Part shown: piece by piece, positions 39,800 to 50,766 of the stretch
Position numbering within the stretch: the first letter of the stretch is position 1
Layout: the number at the start of each line of letters is the position of its first letter
Assembly (NCBI GenBank): GCA_963810275.1
Contig: CAWENF010000003.1
Coordinates: 1-64,000, forward strand
From: an uncultured archaeon
Lineage (GTDB): Archaea > Thermoproteota > Bathyarchaeia > Bathyarchaeales > Bathycorpusculaceae
Direction: 5' to 3'
DNA length: 64,000 bases
Translations under genes and position numbers: made by a program
The notes under the pieces: generated by a model
Database searches by the model: none
Seen by the model: only the letters and a program-made list of their open reading frames with translations
What the model was told of the DNA's origin: nothing

Positions 39800-40325
39800 A
39801 CAACGGTTCCATGTTAGCCGGACTTAAAGATCAGTATGAATTTGACCCAGTCGATATTGATATAGTTGGTTTAGTAGAATCAAACATCTGTTTGTAAAAG
39901 CAGACGCACAATATTTACTCTTTAAACAGGAAGCCTTTGATGTTGTATATGGCTTAGGTTCAATTGAGCACTAAAAAAATACGAGAAAACAATTAATGCA
40001 TCTTACAGGGTTCTTAAAAATAATGGACAAGCACTTTTTACCGTTCCAAACAAACGCAGCTTACACACTATAATCGAAAGACCATTAAGGCAAGCATTAG
40101 GCTTATGGATAACATCGGTTTGGATAGCCGTTTGCAATCGAACTAGTTACGAATTTCTTTACTCAGAGTGGCCTTTTAAGAATAAGACAAAGTTTAAAGC
40201 CGTGGGATAATAGAGTCACAACATCATTGCTAAGGCATATATGAAGCAGAATAATGGGTTTGGAAAACTATCTAAAAAATGGAGTTTCTTAATTTGTGTT
40301 TTTGGTACAAAGAAAAAAGGTATAG
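39800..40325 (+). pseudogene. Degraded class I SAM methyltransferase (type 11-like)
   Basis: Fragments ADAQYLLFKQEAFDVVYGLGSIEH* and YRVLKNNGQALFTVPN lie in different frames with stops; boundaries approximate. Confidence 0.7.
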
Positions 40326-40348
40326 CTCAGCCCGAATTGCCTACAAAA

Positions 40349-42265
40349 TCAAGTCAATGAACTATTTGTTGCAGTCGACTTAAACCATGAAGTTAGCCAA
40401 GCGTTCTCTTGGCTAATAGTCATGTTCTTTAACTCGAAAACGTCTGAATGAACCTCCTTAAGAATAGGTTCTTCTAAGGAATTAATCGAATAGAAAAAGG
40501 GTTGCCAACTTCTGGAAATAACAAGTACCCTAAAGTCGTTGTAGTTGCTGCTATTTAATACAGGTGGAGTATTAACCCAGGGATAAGAAACATTTTTTGG
40601 TGTACCGTTTAAAAGGTCTGCTAACGTTCCAACATGTATATAAGCTTCTGTAATCGCTTGAACCCAAGCAACCTCACCTTCATACACAATAGGTGGATTA
40701 TAAACTGAATCGCCAATACAAACTATGGTTGTACTAGGCTCAAAGTTTTCTCGAACCCAATAAAGCTCATCAGCATAATCTTTAAAAGAAACATAAATCA
40801 GCGGAGAATCAACAAGCCGAATAAATGAGAAAGATAGTAAAATTGTAAAAATACAAATCAAGGGAAGAAATTTTTTCAACTTTTTACTAATAATAATTGG
40901 TGATAACAATGTCAAAAATTTTCTGAATTTCAAATTTAATTTATCAAAATTTATGAATACACCTACAAATAAAAACAAAGAAATCGATATTAAAAGAGGA
41001 ATGGGATAATACAAAGCATAACGGTAGTGTCCATAAGAAAATAGAGGCAACATAAAAGAAGGAGTAAAAGCCCAAGCCAAAAGCAGTGTGCGCGCATTCT
41101 GGCTTATGCGTAACTTGCTGAACCTAAAAAGAAGAGCTATTACGCCCACCATCGACAAAAGCAAGACAAAAGAATTCTCCATTAGAAAAGGCTGAAAATC
41201 AAAACCGCTGGAACTACCAGCGAAAACAGAAGGAATGAAGGCACCTACGTTATTGATAGAGGGACTATAAGTTGAAGTTAAAGCGCCAACCTGAACATTA
41301 TAATCCCAAATTTGACTGAAAACAAAAGGCCCAATGAGCAGAACGAGTATAGATGGTAAATATACTATAAAAGTAGTTTTCAGCAGCCTAAGCTTATTCT
41401 GGGAGGTTAAAAGCGAAATTACAGTAAAAACGCTTATAATACCAGTACTGACTAACCAAGCAGGATTATAAACTTGCAGTAAAAAGAATTGGCAAATCGA
41501 TGCCAACATAACATATTTTAATTTACCACCATCCAAAGAACGCAAATAAAGACCAAAGAAAAGTGTCAGGATAACAAGCGCAAAGAAGTTCTCATATAGC
41601 TGCGAGGATAAAACCAAAATAGTACTAGATAAGCCTGTGGCTAAAGCAGCCAAAACCGATAGCTGCTTATTTGTATTCTTAAAAAAGAAGTATGTTGCTA
41701 AGGTGTATAAAGCCCCTATTAAGGAGGGTATTATTTTAACAATGACGTCTGAGGAGAGATTTAGAAATAATAACGGTGAAAACACTGTGGAAAAGATACG
41801 AGTAGATGTCATCCGGCTGAGCCAACTTATTGAAATGCCATGATTCGAAATATCGTTAAAACTTATCATATAATAAGCAACATCCCCCCCAGTCGGGTAA
41901 GGATGCCATAGATAGCGCTCGAGCATTAAAAAAACCATTAGAACTACAGAAAAAATAAGAACTAATTTTAGCAAAAAGCTACTATTAGATTGAGGCACCT
42001 CTGACTCAACAGTAGTGCATTCAAGTCTTTTCTTCCTTAAGATAATAAAAAAGATAGGGACAGACAAAGTGACAAAGAAAAAACCCGTGAAAATAAAAGG
42101 AAACGCACTATTGCTTACGTCACTAAACGCTAGAAGAGGATAACCAATTGTGGGCACATCAACAATCAAGCTCAATAAGTAACCGCAAGAGAGAATAACA
42201 AAAACCAGAGCCACAATATAGAATGATGCCTTCAGTGTGGAAGAATACCCCTTCCAATTTATCAT
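40349..42265 (-). CDS. Polytopic membrane protein, GT-C-like
   Basis: YPTGGDVAYY loop, many TM helices, soluble C-terminal domain. Confidence 0.75.
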   Translation of the reverse strand: MINWKGYSSTLKASFYIVALVFVILSCGYLLSLIVDVPTIGYPLLAFSDVSNSAFPFIFTGFFFVTLSVPIFFIILRKKRLECTTVESEVPQSNSSFLLKLVLIFSVVLMVFLMLERYLWHPYPTGGDVAYYMISFNDISNHGISISWLSRMTSTRIFSTVFSPLLFLNLSSDVIVKIIPSLIGALYTLATYFFFKNTNKQLSVLAALATGLSSTILVLSSQLYENFFALVILTLFFGLYLRSLDGGKLKYVMLASICQFFLLQVYNPAWLVSTGIISVFTVISLLTSQNKLRLLKTTFIVYLPSILVLLIGPFVFSQIWDYNVQVGALTSTYSPSINNVGAFIPSVFAGSSSGFDFQPFLMENSFVLLLSMVGVIALLFRFSKLRISQNARTLLLAWAFTPSFMLPLFSYGHYRYALYYPIPLLISISLFLFVGVFINFDKLNLKFRKFLTLLSPIIISKKLKKFLPLICIFTILLSFSFIRLVDSPLIYVSFKDYADELYWVRENFEPSTTIVCIGDSVYNPPIVYEGEVAWVQAITEAYIHVGTLADLLNGTPKNVSYPWVNTPPVLNSSNYNDFRVLVISRSWQPFFYSINSLEEPILKEVHSDVFELKNMTISQENAWLTSWFKSTATNSSLT

Positions 42266-42346
42266 ATAGATGCTATCCCCTCCTTTCTCTTCACAGATTT
42301 AACGATTGTATTGCATAAGTGCTCAAAATAACTTACCCTTCAAAAA

Positions 42347-43603
42347 TCACTTTGTATATATGTAACTCGAAAGTGTTTCAAAATATTTATCCCATGTAAA
42401 ATCTCGAGGGTTTATCTTTGTGTTAATCCTCGCGTTCAAAGCAGAACGTAATCCTTCTGCAAAGCAATCCACTGAGGGATAAGCTTGAAAGACATAACCA
42501 CTAGTAAGTACCTTCGGCTCTATCTCCATTTCAGTAGAACAAACTATCTTATTTTGTTGAGCTAGTGCTTCGTAAACTGTGATGGCGTAATCACCCCAGC
42601 CTGGATAGGCAAAGATCTCGCTTGCATAATAATAGTTAAGCAAGTCCTCTTCATCAATAAAGCCGACAAATATTATTTTATTTGATACACCAGAGTCTCT
42701 GGCTAAATTTTTCAAACGTTTCTCATCAGGACCTCGTCCACCAATAACTAGGACAATATCTGGGAATTCCTTCGATATCTTCAAAAAAGATTTAATGAGC
42801 AAATCAATCCTTTTTCTCGAGTCTAGTCGGCTAATGGTAAGAATGACTCTTTTGCCTGAAACATTTAACCTTTTTTTAATATCTGAAGAAGGCAGAAAAT
42901 TAACCATACTTTCTGAGATAGGGGAAATAGGGAGAACAACAGCCGATTTATTATAGATTTTTTTTACTTCCCACGCCATATGGTTAGAGAGAACAAAGAC
43001 CTTTTTGGCACGTCTAATTGCGATAAAATCCAGAATAGCGAGAGCCTCTATACCAAATTGCTTAAGTAAGCTCATCTTGATTTTTGGCTTGATGAACTCT
43101 TTATGCCCTGGAACCGAATTTCTGATTATTGAAAATACCCTTTTATGAATTAAAGAGTATTTTATTAAATCTTTATCAAGCCAAAAAATGGATCCATGCA
43201 AATGCAGAACATAGTGTATAGGTGTGAAAAGAGTAGCTAAGTATAATTCGATCCAACCAGCCCAACAGCATCCAATGACAACATCTGGAGACAACTTTTT
43301 AAGTTTACTCCTTAAGGCAAGGACCCTGCGTATTGCAGATAAGGGAGACATATAACTCGCATTCTTATACCCTTGCCAACGAACAATATCTAGCTCTTCT
43401 AACTCCTCGTTTCCAAAGAGCGCTTCTTTTTCCGCTTTAAATGTTAACAAATGAGTTTCCGTAACGCCACCAAAGTATTTTGCCTCTTCAATAGCAACTC
43501 GCTCAGCGCCACCCGCGCCACTAAGTTGGCCATAAAGGATTACAATACATTGGGAATTTACCATATTACAGACCATTTTTCTATAGATAAAAACATAAGC
43601 CAT
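42347..43603 (-). CDS. Glycosyltransferase family 4
   Basis: GGAERV, ISRLDSRKRIDLLI, IGGRGP, YEALA; start may be a downstream Met. Confidence 0.88.
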   Translation of the reverse strand: MAYVFIYRKMVCNMVNSQCIVILYGQLSGAGGAERVAIEEAKYFGGVTETHLLTFKAEKEALFGNEELEELDIVRWQGYKNASYMSPLSAIRRVLALRSKLKKLSPDVVIGCCWAGWIELYLATLFTPIHYVLHLHGSIFWLDKDLIKYSLIHKRVFSIIRNSVPGHKEFIKPKIKMSLLKQFGIEALAILDFIAIRRAKKVFVLSNHMAWEVKKIYNKSAVVLPISPISESMVNFLPSSDIKKRLNVSGKRVILTISRLDSRKRIDLLIKSFLKISKEFPDIVLVIGGRGPDEKRLKNLARDSGVSNKIIFVGFIDEEDLLNYYYASEIFAYPGWGDYAITVYEALAQQNKIVCSTEMEIEPKVLTSGYVFQAYPSVDCFAEGLRSALNARINTKINPRDFTWDKYFETLSSYIYTK

Positions 43604-43631
43604 TCTCTAATTTATTAAGCTACATCAAAGT

Positions 43632-44789
43632 CTAATTTTTAAGATTCTTGTACAATTGAGCAAATTTACGTTTTGTCTTAGAACTGTCATGATATTTTTT
43701 AATGAACTTCAGGGCATTATCAATCAACCTTTCTTTTAATGATTTTTCAACAATCAGTTCATCAATGGCTTCAACAATACTTTTTGAATCACCCTCCACA
43801 AGCATCGCGTTTTCTCGGTGGATAAACCAACTAGAACAACCAAACTCATTGGAACTAAGTAATATAGGGACACCACACGCCATTGCCTCAAGCGCAGCAG
43901 ATGGCAGCCCCTCAATGTTACTAGGCAAAACAAAAAAATCAGCTGATCGCAGTAATCCGGGAATATCATCTGGGTTTATCGAACCATAAAAAAAAACACT
44001 TTCACTCAGATTCAACATCGAAACTTTCAACCTAAGTAAATTTTCGTCTGGACCTTCGCCTACAACGTAATATTTTATATTGGGATATTTACCTTTAAGC
44101 AAACTAACTGCTTCTATTACACTCTCGATATTTTTTTGCTTATCAAGTCTAGCCACGGTAATCAGTTTAGGATAAGATGAATTCACTAATGAGGGTAAAA
44201 CCTGAGAATTGAATTTCGAAAGATCAATTCCTTGACTTAGTAATACTTGTTTCTTAGTCAACACTTTGGAATACCATACCATGTCTCGATTGACTATTAT
44301 TCTATCGGCAAAAGTAAAAGTAAGTCGTTCCTGCAAACTAATTATTCTCGCGATTAAAGGGCCAATGGTATATCTTTTTTTTACCAAAAATCTTGTAGGC
44401 TCGGATATTCTAATAATAGTCTTTCTTCCTCTAAGTTTACCTGCAAAAGAAGCAATAAATCCTGAGTAAGGATGTCCTCCCAAACTAACAATTACTCTAT
44501 TTTTTGAGGATTTTTGGACGGTCATAAACAATGCATATAACAGATAAGTTGCATACCCAAGAAAGAGTTGCCCTCCTTTTGCATGAGGATAGAAAGGGAT
44601 TGAATATATATGACTATATTTTTGGCGTAGAGTCTTTAGGCCTGATTCACTACCGATAATATAAATATCAAAAATTGATTTATCGATATGCTTCTCTATG
44701 AGCGGAACGTACTTTTGGATATAACCATTTTCATTGAAAGCAGGTTCAAGAACAAGCAGGAGTTCCTCTTTTATTACAGTATCTAACAA
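43632..44789 (-). CDS. Glycosyltransferase family 4
   Basis: VARLDKQKN, VGEGP, PS..EGLP...LEAMACGVP. Confidence 0.9.
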   Translation of the reverse strand: MLDTVIKEELLLVLEPAFNENGYIQKYVPLIEKHIDKSIFDIYIIGSESGLKTLRQKYSHIYSIPFYPHAKGGQLFLGYATYLLYALFMTVQKSSKNRVIVSLGGHPYSGFIASFAGKLRGRKTIIRISEPTRFLVKKRYTIGPLIARIISLQERLTFTFADRIIVNRDMVWYSKVLTKKQVLLSQGIDLSKFNSQVLPSLVNSSYPKLITVARLDKQKNIESVIEAVSLLKGKYPNIKYYVVGEGPDENLLRLKVSMLNLSESVFFYGSINPDDIPGLLRSADFFVLPSNIEGLPSAALEAMACGVPILLSSNEFGCSSWFIHRENAMLVEGDSKSIVEAIDELIVEKSLKERLIDNALKFIKKYHDSSKTKRKFAQLYKNLKN

Positions 44790-44813
44790 ATTACCACCAA
44801 TTTAGTTCCAAAT

Positions 44814-45941
44814 TCATATGTTGCCGTTCTTCTCATTAACCGCTTGAAGGTAGACCGAATCAAGACTATCAAGAACATTTTGCCAACCAAACCTGTCAAT
44901 AGCAGCCTGTCGTGCATTTGAGCCCAACTCTTTCCTAAGCGACAAGTTATCAAGCAAGTCCAGTATTGCACTAGCTAAGGCTCTTGAATTTTTTGCGGGA
45001 ACAAGAAGGCCACTTTTGTGATTATCGATTATACAGTTAACCCCAGGAATATCTGAAGCAACTATTGGAGCCGCACTTGCCGCAGCTTCTAGTACCGAAA
45101 CAGGCAAACCTTCTTTTATAGATGGAAAAACAAACACCGTTGCCTTACCTAAAATACTGGCAATTCTCTCTCGAGGCAAACTATCGCTGATAATAACGAA
45201 ACCTTCAAGGTCATAACTTTTTACCATGAGCCTGAGTTTACTTTTAAGGGGGCCATAACCAATCAACAATAACTTTGCTTCATTGTTCTTTTCATGAATA
45301 ATTTTTGCAGCCTCAATCAAATACTCAAGTCCCTTTTCCGGAACAAAGCGACCAGCCCAAACTATAAGATTAGACTCTCTTTGGGCAGAGGGCTTAAAAA
45401 GCCCAGTGTCAACACCATTTGGAATAATACTGATTTTTTCTGCTGGAAAACCAAATTTACTAATCTCTGCAGCCTCATCATAAGTAAGGCAAATAATTCT
45501 ATTTGCTTTTCTGAAAACACGACTGATTGCACGCAAGTAAGTCTTTTGAGCATAATTAACCGCAAGCCCCCTATCTGCATATACTCCATGTACGGAAATT
45601 ATAAAAGGGCAAGCTAATTTTTCAGCAATTCTCAATGATTGAACAGAAGGTAAAAACAGATGCGACTCAGCATGAATAATATCAGGGTTAATTTGTTTAA
45701 GTGTCGATGATAATGTCGGAAGACACGGATAATCTTGGACTTTTCCCTTCAAAGCAAAATTCACTCCATTTAGTCGATGAATATAAAAATTATCAGACAA
45801 AATTTCGCTTTGACGCCCATTTTTATTCCAAGTTACTACATGAACCTCATTACCACGTTTTTTCTGCTGTTCAGATAATTCATAAAAATAATCACGCGGC
45901 ATATCTGGAAAAAACAAATGCCTAATTCTTGCGATACGCAT
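44814..45941 (-). CDS. Glycosyltransferase family 4
   Basis: IPNGVD, GRFVPEKG, PS..EGLP..VLEA. Confidence 0.92.
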   Translation of the reverse strand: MRIARIRHLFFPDMPRDYFYELSEQQKKRGNEVHVVTWNKNGRQSEILSDNFYIHRLNGVNFALKGKVQDYPCLPTLSSTLKQINPDIIHAESHLFLPSVQSLRIAEKLACPFIISVHGVYADRGLAVNYAQKTYLRAISRVFRKANRIICLTYDEAAEISKFGFPAEKISIIPNGVDTGLFKPSAQRESNLIVWAGRFVPEKGLEYLIEAAKIIHEKNNEAKLLLIGYGPLKSKLRLMVKSYDLEGFVIISDSLPRERIASILGKATVFVFPSIKEGLPVSVLEAAASAAPIVASDIPGVNCIIDNHKSGLLVPAKNSRALASAILDLLDNLSLRKELGSNARQAAIDRFGWQNVLDSLDSVYLQAVNEKNGNI

Positions 45942-45943
45942 GA

Positions 45944-46900
45944 CTACGCACTAATTTTATTATTTATTCTCGTTAACGCATATAATGTGATGGCAGTCGA
46001 CAGCATAAAAAAGCCAATAAGAAGGAAAGCAATAGCCGCTAATGCTATATTGGTTATAATCCGTTGTTCAATAGCATAAAGATTAAACATCCAAATACCA
46101 AAAAAAACGCCAATAATAAGAGAGAATACTCCGGGCACTCCTAAATATGTAATCGGTCTGTCTTCAACAACCAAACGTACGAGATTCATTATAAGACTTA
46201 TTCCATGTGACCATGGATGTTCAGACGACGTCTCATTTTCTAGACTACCATATTTACAGGAAATCGGGACTTCACACATACGAAGCTGGGTTTTATTTAT
46301 CTTATGAAGAATCTCAATACTGGCGCTCATACCCTTATTAGAAAAAGAACCCAACTGATCCAGGGCAAGTCTACTGTAAGCTCTAAAGCCACTTTGGGCA
46401 TCGCTTACGCTATTTTTACCTGTGCCATTGCTTAAAGTTGTGATGACTTTAATTCCTATTTTTCTATAACGAGGCATTTCAGCACAACCAGCTTTATCTG
46501 TAAAGCGGCTTCCTAAAACAACCTCTGCCATACCTTTCTTGATAGGCTCAACCAGCAGAGGAATCTGCGCAGGGTCATGTTGACCATCAGAATCGAAAGT
46601 AACTAAAACATCAGCATTCAACATCTTGGCTTTTTTAAACAAGCTCTGTAGTGCAGCTCCATAACCTTTGTTTCGTTCATGACGAATTACCACTGCCCCT
46701 AGTCGCTCAGCGATTTCACCTGTTAAATCGGCCGAACCATCATCACAAACAATAACTATATCCGAAAACTTTTGTGCTTCCATAACCACTCGAGCGATAG
46801 CTTTCTCCTCATTGTAAGCTGGAATTCCAGCTACAACTAGAAGACCTGACTTGTTAAGATTTAAGTTAGGCAAATTAATGGCTTCTTCAATGATTACCAT
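45944..46900 (-). CDS. Glycosyltransferase family 2, polyprenol-phosphate (DPM1-like) type with two C-terminal TM helices
   Basis: IPAYNEE, DDGSAD, N.GYG, DSDGQH, GSRF, DAQSGFRA. Confidence 0.92.
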   Translation of the reverse strand: MVIIEEAINLPNLNLNKSGLLVVAGIPAYNEEKAIARVVMEAQKFSDIVIVCDDGSADLTGEIAERLGAVVIRHERNKGYGAALQSLFKKAKMLNADVLVTFDSDGQHDPAQIPLLVEPIKKGMAEVVLGSRFTDKAGCAEMPRYRKIGIKVITTLSNGTGKNSVSDAQSGFRAYSRLALDQLGSFSNKGMSASIEILHKINKTQLRMCEVPISCKYGSLENETSSEHPWSHGISLIMNLVRLVVEDRPITYLGVPGVFSLIIGVFFGIWMFNLYAIEQRIITNIALAAIAFLLIGFFMLSTAITLYALTRINNKISA

Positions 46901-47007
46901 TTTTGTACAAATGCCTCTTGTGTTAGCAATTCTTCTAAGCCAATTTTTAACGGAAGCTTTGGCACATATCCTAATAATGTTTTAACATAAATAGTTTCAA
47001 TTCTCAT

Positions 47008-47373
47008 CTATTTATTCGCCTGCAACATTGCCAAGTATAATGCAAACGACCAATCAGTTGACCAGCGTTTCGCGATTAGGTTTCCCCAGTTCTGGGCTAT
47101 TTGACTTGTTTTCTCTGCAAGTTCTCGTCCCACCGTTCTGCTTAATCGATGGAATTGGCTATAAATTATTCTTTCCAGTTTGCCTATGATAACAAAGATT
47201 CTATTAGCTAGGTATGCACTGCAAATGTTTTTTGCTACTTTTATCGTTAAATCTACAAGCACTCGGTCTATTCTATGTAATACTCTAAACCATACTCCTG
47301 CACGTATGGCTTTTCGCTTAAGTTTAGATAGCCGCCTTCTATCTAGCAAAGTGGAAGTCGCTTTTTGAGCCAT
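47008..47373 (-). CDS. Basic conserved-hypothetical-type archaeal protein
   Basis: Intact 121-aa ORF with KRKAIRAGVWFRVL and AQNWGN..A..W, co-oriented with the cluster. Confidence 0.7.
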   Translation of the reverse strand: MAQKATSTLLDRRRLSKLKRKAIRAGVWFRVLHRIDRVLVDLTIKVAKNICSAYLANRIFVIIGKLERIIYSQFHRLSRTVGRELAEKTSQIAQNWGNLIAKRWSTDWSFALYLAMLQANK

Positions 47374-47482
47374 GCCCTATTCTGAAGCTCCGATGAACCC
47401 TCCTATCCGTATATACATTTAAAAAAGCTTATGGTAATAACACCTTTTAATATATAATTTTAAGAATAGAAGGAGATCTTAC

Positions 47483-49009
47483 TTAGTCGGACTTAATGAA
47501 GGAAAATACAGCCATCTCGCCAGACTGATAAACCTCCTTGAATTCAGGGGGGAGCGATGAAATACCATACCAACCTTCTCCGCTTACCCACCATACTGTG
47601 TATACTGTGTTATTGCCAGCGTCTAAAGCTACCTTTGAAGAATTAACCATGTCGACGACAAGTTTAGTCTCATTCTGAATGTGCGTAGCCAGTGAACCAT
47701 GATTTACAATTACTATAGGAATTCTATGGACATAGAGTCTAGCTAAATCATACAGCCCATAATGAAGAATTAAAACAGAATCGTTGTTATAATTGCTATC
47801 TACCCAATTTAAACATGCAAGCAAAGATGGAATATTGGATATTGGTACAACATTTTGCACCATCGAAGATGGAACAAACGCCAGATATGAATTATATTTC
47901 GAAAAAATTGGAATCTGATCTTCGGGGGGGGCTGCCAAATAAAATCCAGATAAAACTATTAAAAATATAATATAAACTAACGCAAAAAGTTTAGGTACTT
48001 GGCGCCTGATTCTATTCTGATGATCTTTCCATATGCTCCAAAGTCTATCGAGACCTTCAACGGCAAAAAAGAGCAAGGGATATACGAGCAAAAAAACCCA
48101 GCGTTGCCAATCATATAACGGCAGATTTGTGGAAACCATAAGTAATACTACAGCACCCAAACACCATACAACCCAAAGCCTTAAAGACCAGTCTTTCACA
48201 CGCTTAAAACCAATTGCAGCCAAAGGCAGTATCAAAAAGTAACAATACAGAAACAACCCACCCATATATAGAGCCAAAGAAATTGAAGCCTCAGATGCAA
48301 CATTGACCGAAGGTATATCTAAGCCACCTGTGCTTTGCATATATATCTTAAACAAGAACAAACCAAAAGCCAAACTAATTGCTACAAAAGAATAAATGAA
48401 ATCATTATGTCTTCTTTTAATTAGAAGAATCAAGGTTTCAACTCCCAAAATAAAAAACAAAATAACTGAAATTAACTGATGGCTCAAAACAGTTAACAGG
48501 ATAAACACAGAAGCATAAGCATACCGTTTTGGCGAATTATAGGTCTTCAAAACTATCAAAGTGGCAAATAAGAAAATCAATGCAAAACTTTGGGCATAGC
48601 GATCCCAAGAAATGCGCAATGAAACGAAATAAAGGGCAATGAAAAGAGCTACAAGAAAAGACTTGAACCCGCCCCAACCTAAACCACGTCTAGCATACAG
48701 AAAGGCCATTATGCATACTAAGCCCATAAGCAATGGTCCAAAAATTTTTATTACTAAGACGGGGTCACCCAGTAACCAATAGGCTACTGTTCCAAAAGAA
48801 TAGAACAACTGATAATCAACCAAAGCTGAAAAACTAGATAAAGCCTGACCTGACTCTATAATTGGAATGTAATGCAGGGTATCCAAACCGAGAGGGTATG
48901 GCCAAGACAATATTTCAGGTATAAACCGCAGCAACAGTGGAACAAAGAAAGACAAAAGAATCCAACTATTATGCCTCAAAAAGGGCAAAAAATTGCTGGA
49001 CTTATTCAT
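47483..49009 (-). CDS. Polytopic membrane protein, GT-C-like (paralog of 49203-50717)
   Basis: R..PE.L..PY..G.D...Y, YFVSLRISWD, PSSMVQN, VWWV.GEGWYG. Confidence 0.78.
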   Translation of the reverse strand: MNKSSNFLPFLRHNSWILLSFFVPLLLRFIPEILSWPYPLGLDTLHYIPIIESGQALSSFSALVDYQLFYSFGTVAYWLLGDPVLVIKIFGPLLMGLVCIMAFLYARRGLGWGGFKSFLVALFIALYFVSLRISWDRYAQSFALIFLFATLIVLKTYNSPKRYAYASVFILLTVLSHQLISVILFFILGVETLILLIKRRHNDFIYSFVAISLAFGLFLFKIYMQSTGGLDIPSVNVASEASISLALYMGGLFLYCYFLILPLAAIGFKRVKDWSLRLWVVWCLGAVVLLMVSTNLPLYDWQRWVFLLVYPLLFFAVEGLDRLWSIWKDHQNRIRRQVPKLFALVYIIFLIVLSGFYLAAPPEDQIPIFSKYNSYLAFVPSSMVQNVVPISNIPSLLACLNWVDSNYNNDSVLILHYGLYDLARLYVHRIPIVIVNHGSLATHIQNETKLVVDMVNSSKVALDAGNNTVYTVWWVSGEGWYGISSLPPEFKEVYQSGEMAVFSFIKSD

Positions 49010-49202
49010 TAATCAGCCTCAAACAAACCTTTGATACTTGGGAATAAGCAAACTCTAGAGCTACACCGAAGAATTTGCTCAGAGGTATATAGATTATTGC
49101 CATACTTAGCCACCCAAACAAGTTATTTTCCAGAGCAGAAACTATTATAGTTAACGTTCAAAAACTTAGTGCGTCGTCCCATCATGCAAACATAACCCAA
49201 AA

Positions 49203-50717
49203 CTATTCAAAATATTGGTAAACTGCAATTCTCCCAGATACGTGGACCTCATGAAAGGCAGAAGAAACATTACTCTGTCCATACCAACCCTGTCCATTAA
49301 CCCACCAAACTAAATAAATGGACCCATTGACCTGGGATAAAACACAGGGCGCAACTTCTGAAGGGTTATCATACTCATAAAGTATGAGTTGACTGCTGTT
49401 TAGATAGTAAATCTCCCACCCATAAAAGGCTCTATGAGACAACAACCGATCACTGCCTATCATATTGATGCTTAACCACTCCATTGCAGAGGTAACATCG
49501 GGACAATCAGAAATTGAAACAGTATTTTGGAGCATTGAAGTCGGCAACTGATAAACAAAAGGATTAACATCATCCGAAAAATAGAAAAAAGGTTGTTCAG
49601 CCGTACCCAATATTAATCCTCCGCTGAAAACAGAAGTAACTACAACAAGAAAAACCAAGCTACTTGAAAGCAACTTTAAACCGCTATGCTGTACTGAACG
49701 CATTCTAAGCCGATCCACTCCTGCTATAACAAAAAATGCCAAGGGATAAACAAGCAGCATAGCCCAACGTAGGTTACTGGGACTAACTAGAGGAACAAAA
49801 GACAATATGAGGCATATCAACGCCCAGAAAATCAGTTGGAGATTTGAAAACTTACGCAAACCCAAAAACGCAAAAGGTATTAGAGGTAGGAAGCAGAATA
49901 GCAAAAAAATTGTTGTGCTAACAAACAATGCCAAGTATGAAGAGAAACCAAACAGCGCCAACCAGCCGTCAGTTTGCGAAAAACCGAATATCAAACGAAA
50001 CTCAGGTACACTCGAACTAAAAAAGAAAACACTCAAGAAAACTGCGACAGCGGGCAAACACACAACAAACAACCGCTTCGCTTCAACAAATTTCTTCGCT
50101 ACGAAGCGATGCATCAAGGTTAACCCAATGATGCCTAACAAGATTGCGGCAAGCAACTGTTCTGAAAGCACCACAAAAACCATGACCAAAGCAAGCACTA
50201 AATACCGTTTTGCTGAACCAGAAAAAGGTCTACTAAAACCAAACAACATCAAAGCCAAAAACAAAAAGATGAGCGCAAGCTCACTTCGAAGCATATCCCA
50301 AGAAATCCTTAACGCCACAAAATATAGCGACGCCAGAAGCGCCACAGCTAAACTCTTAACATAGCCCCATCCTAAACCCTGACGAGCAAAACCGAAAATA
50401 GATAAACCCAAAAACCCATGAAGAACAACCGCAAGCACCTTTAAAACCATAAAAAGCGAACCACCACCAGAAAATACCAAAAGCACAATAGCGTAAAACA
50501 AAGGTGCAGTACCAAAAAAACCGCCTAAATCAATATTGCCATTATTCCAATTCTCAACAGTAGGCACGTAGTGAGCCATTATGTCAAAACCTGTAACATA
50601 AGGACCCATCAAAACTTCAGGTACAGCACGCACAAATAAAGGGATAAGAAAAGCAAGCAACGGAAACAGCCAACCATACCTGAAGACACTGATCAGCTTA
50701 CCATGCAAACCCAGCAT
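49203..50717 (-). CDS. Polytopic membrane protein, GT-C-like (paralog of 47483-49009)
   Basis: PYVTGFDIMAHY, YFVALRISWD, PTSMLQN, VWWVNGQGWYG. Confidence 0.78.
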   Translation of the reverse strand: MLGLHGKLISVFRYGWLFPLLAFLIPLFVRAVPEVLMGPYVTGFDIMAHYVPTVENWNNGNIDLGGFFGTAPLFYAIVLLVFSGGGSLFMVLKVLAVVLHGFLGLSIFGFARQGLGWGYVKSLAVALLASLYFVALRISWDMLRSELALIFLFLALMLFGFSRPFSGSAKRYLVLALVMVFVVLSEQLLAAILLGIIGLTLMHRFVAKKFVEAKRLFVVCLPAVAVFLSVFFFSSSVPEFRLIFGFSQTDGWLALFGFSSYLALFVSTTIFLLFCFLPLIPFAFLGLRKFSNLQLIFWALICLILSFVPLVSPSNLRWAMLLVYPLAFFVIAGVDRLRMRSVQHSGLKLLSSSLVFLVVVTSVFSGGLILGTAEQPFFYFSDDVNPFVYQLPTSMLQNTVSISDCPDVTSAMEWLSINMIGSDRLLSHRAFYGWEIYYLNSSQLILYEYDNPSEVAPCVLSQVNGSIYLVWWVNGQGWYGQSNVSSAFHEVHVSGRIAVYQYFE

Positions 50718-50766
50718 TTCTTATCCCAAATATTAGGTAATAAAAGCCTAAGTAACTACACAAACA

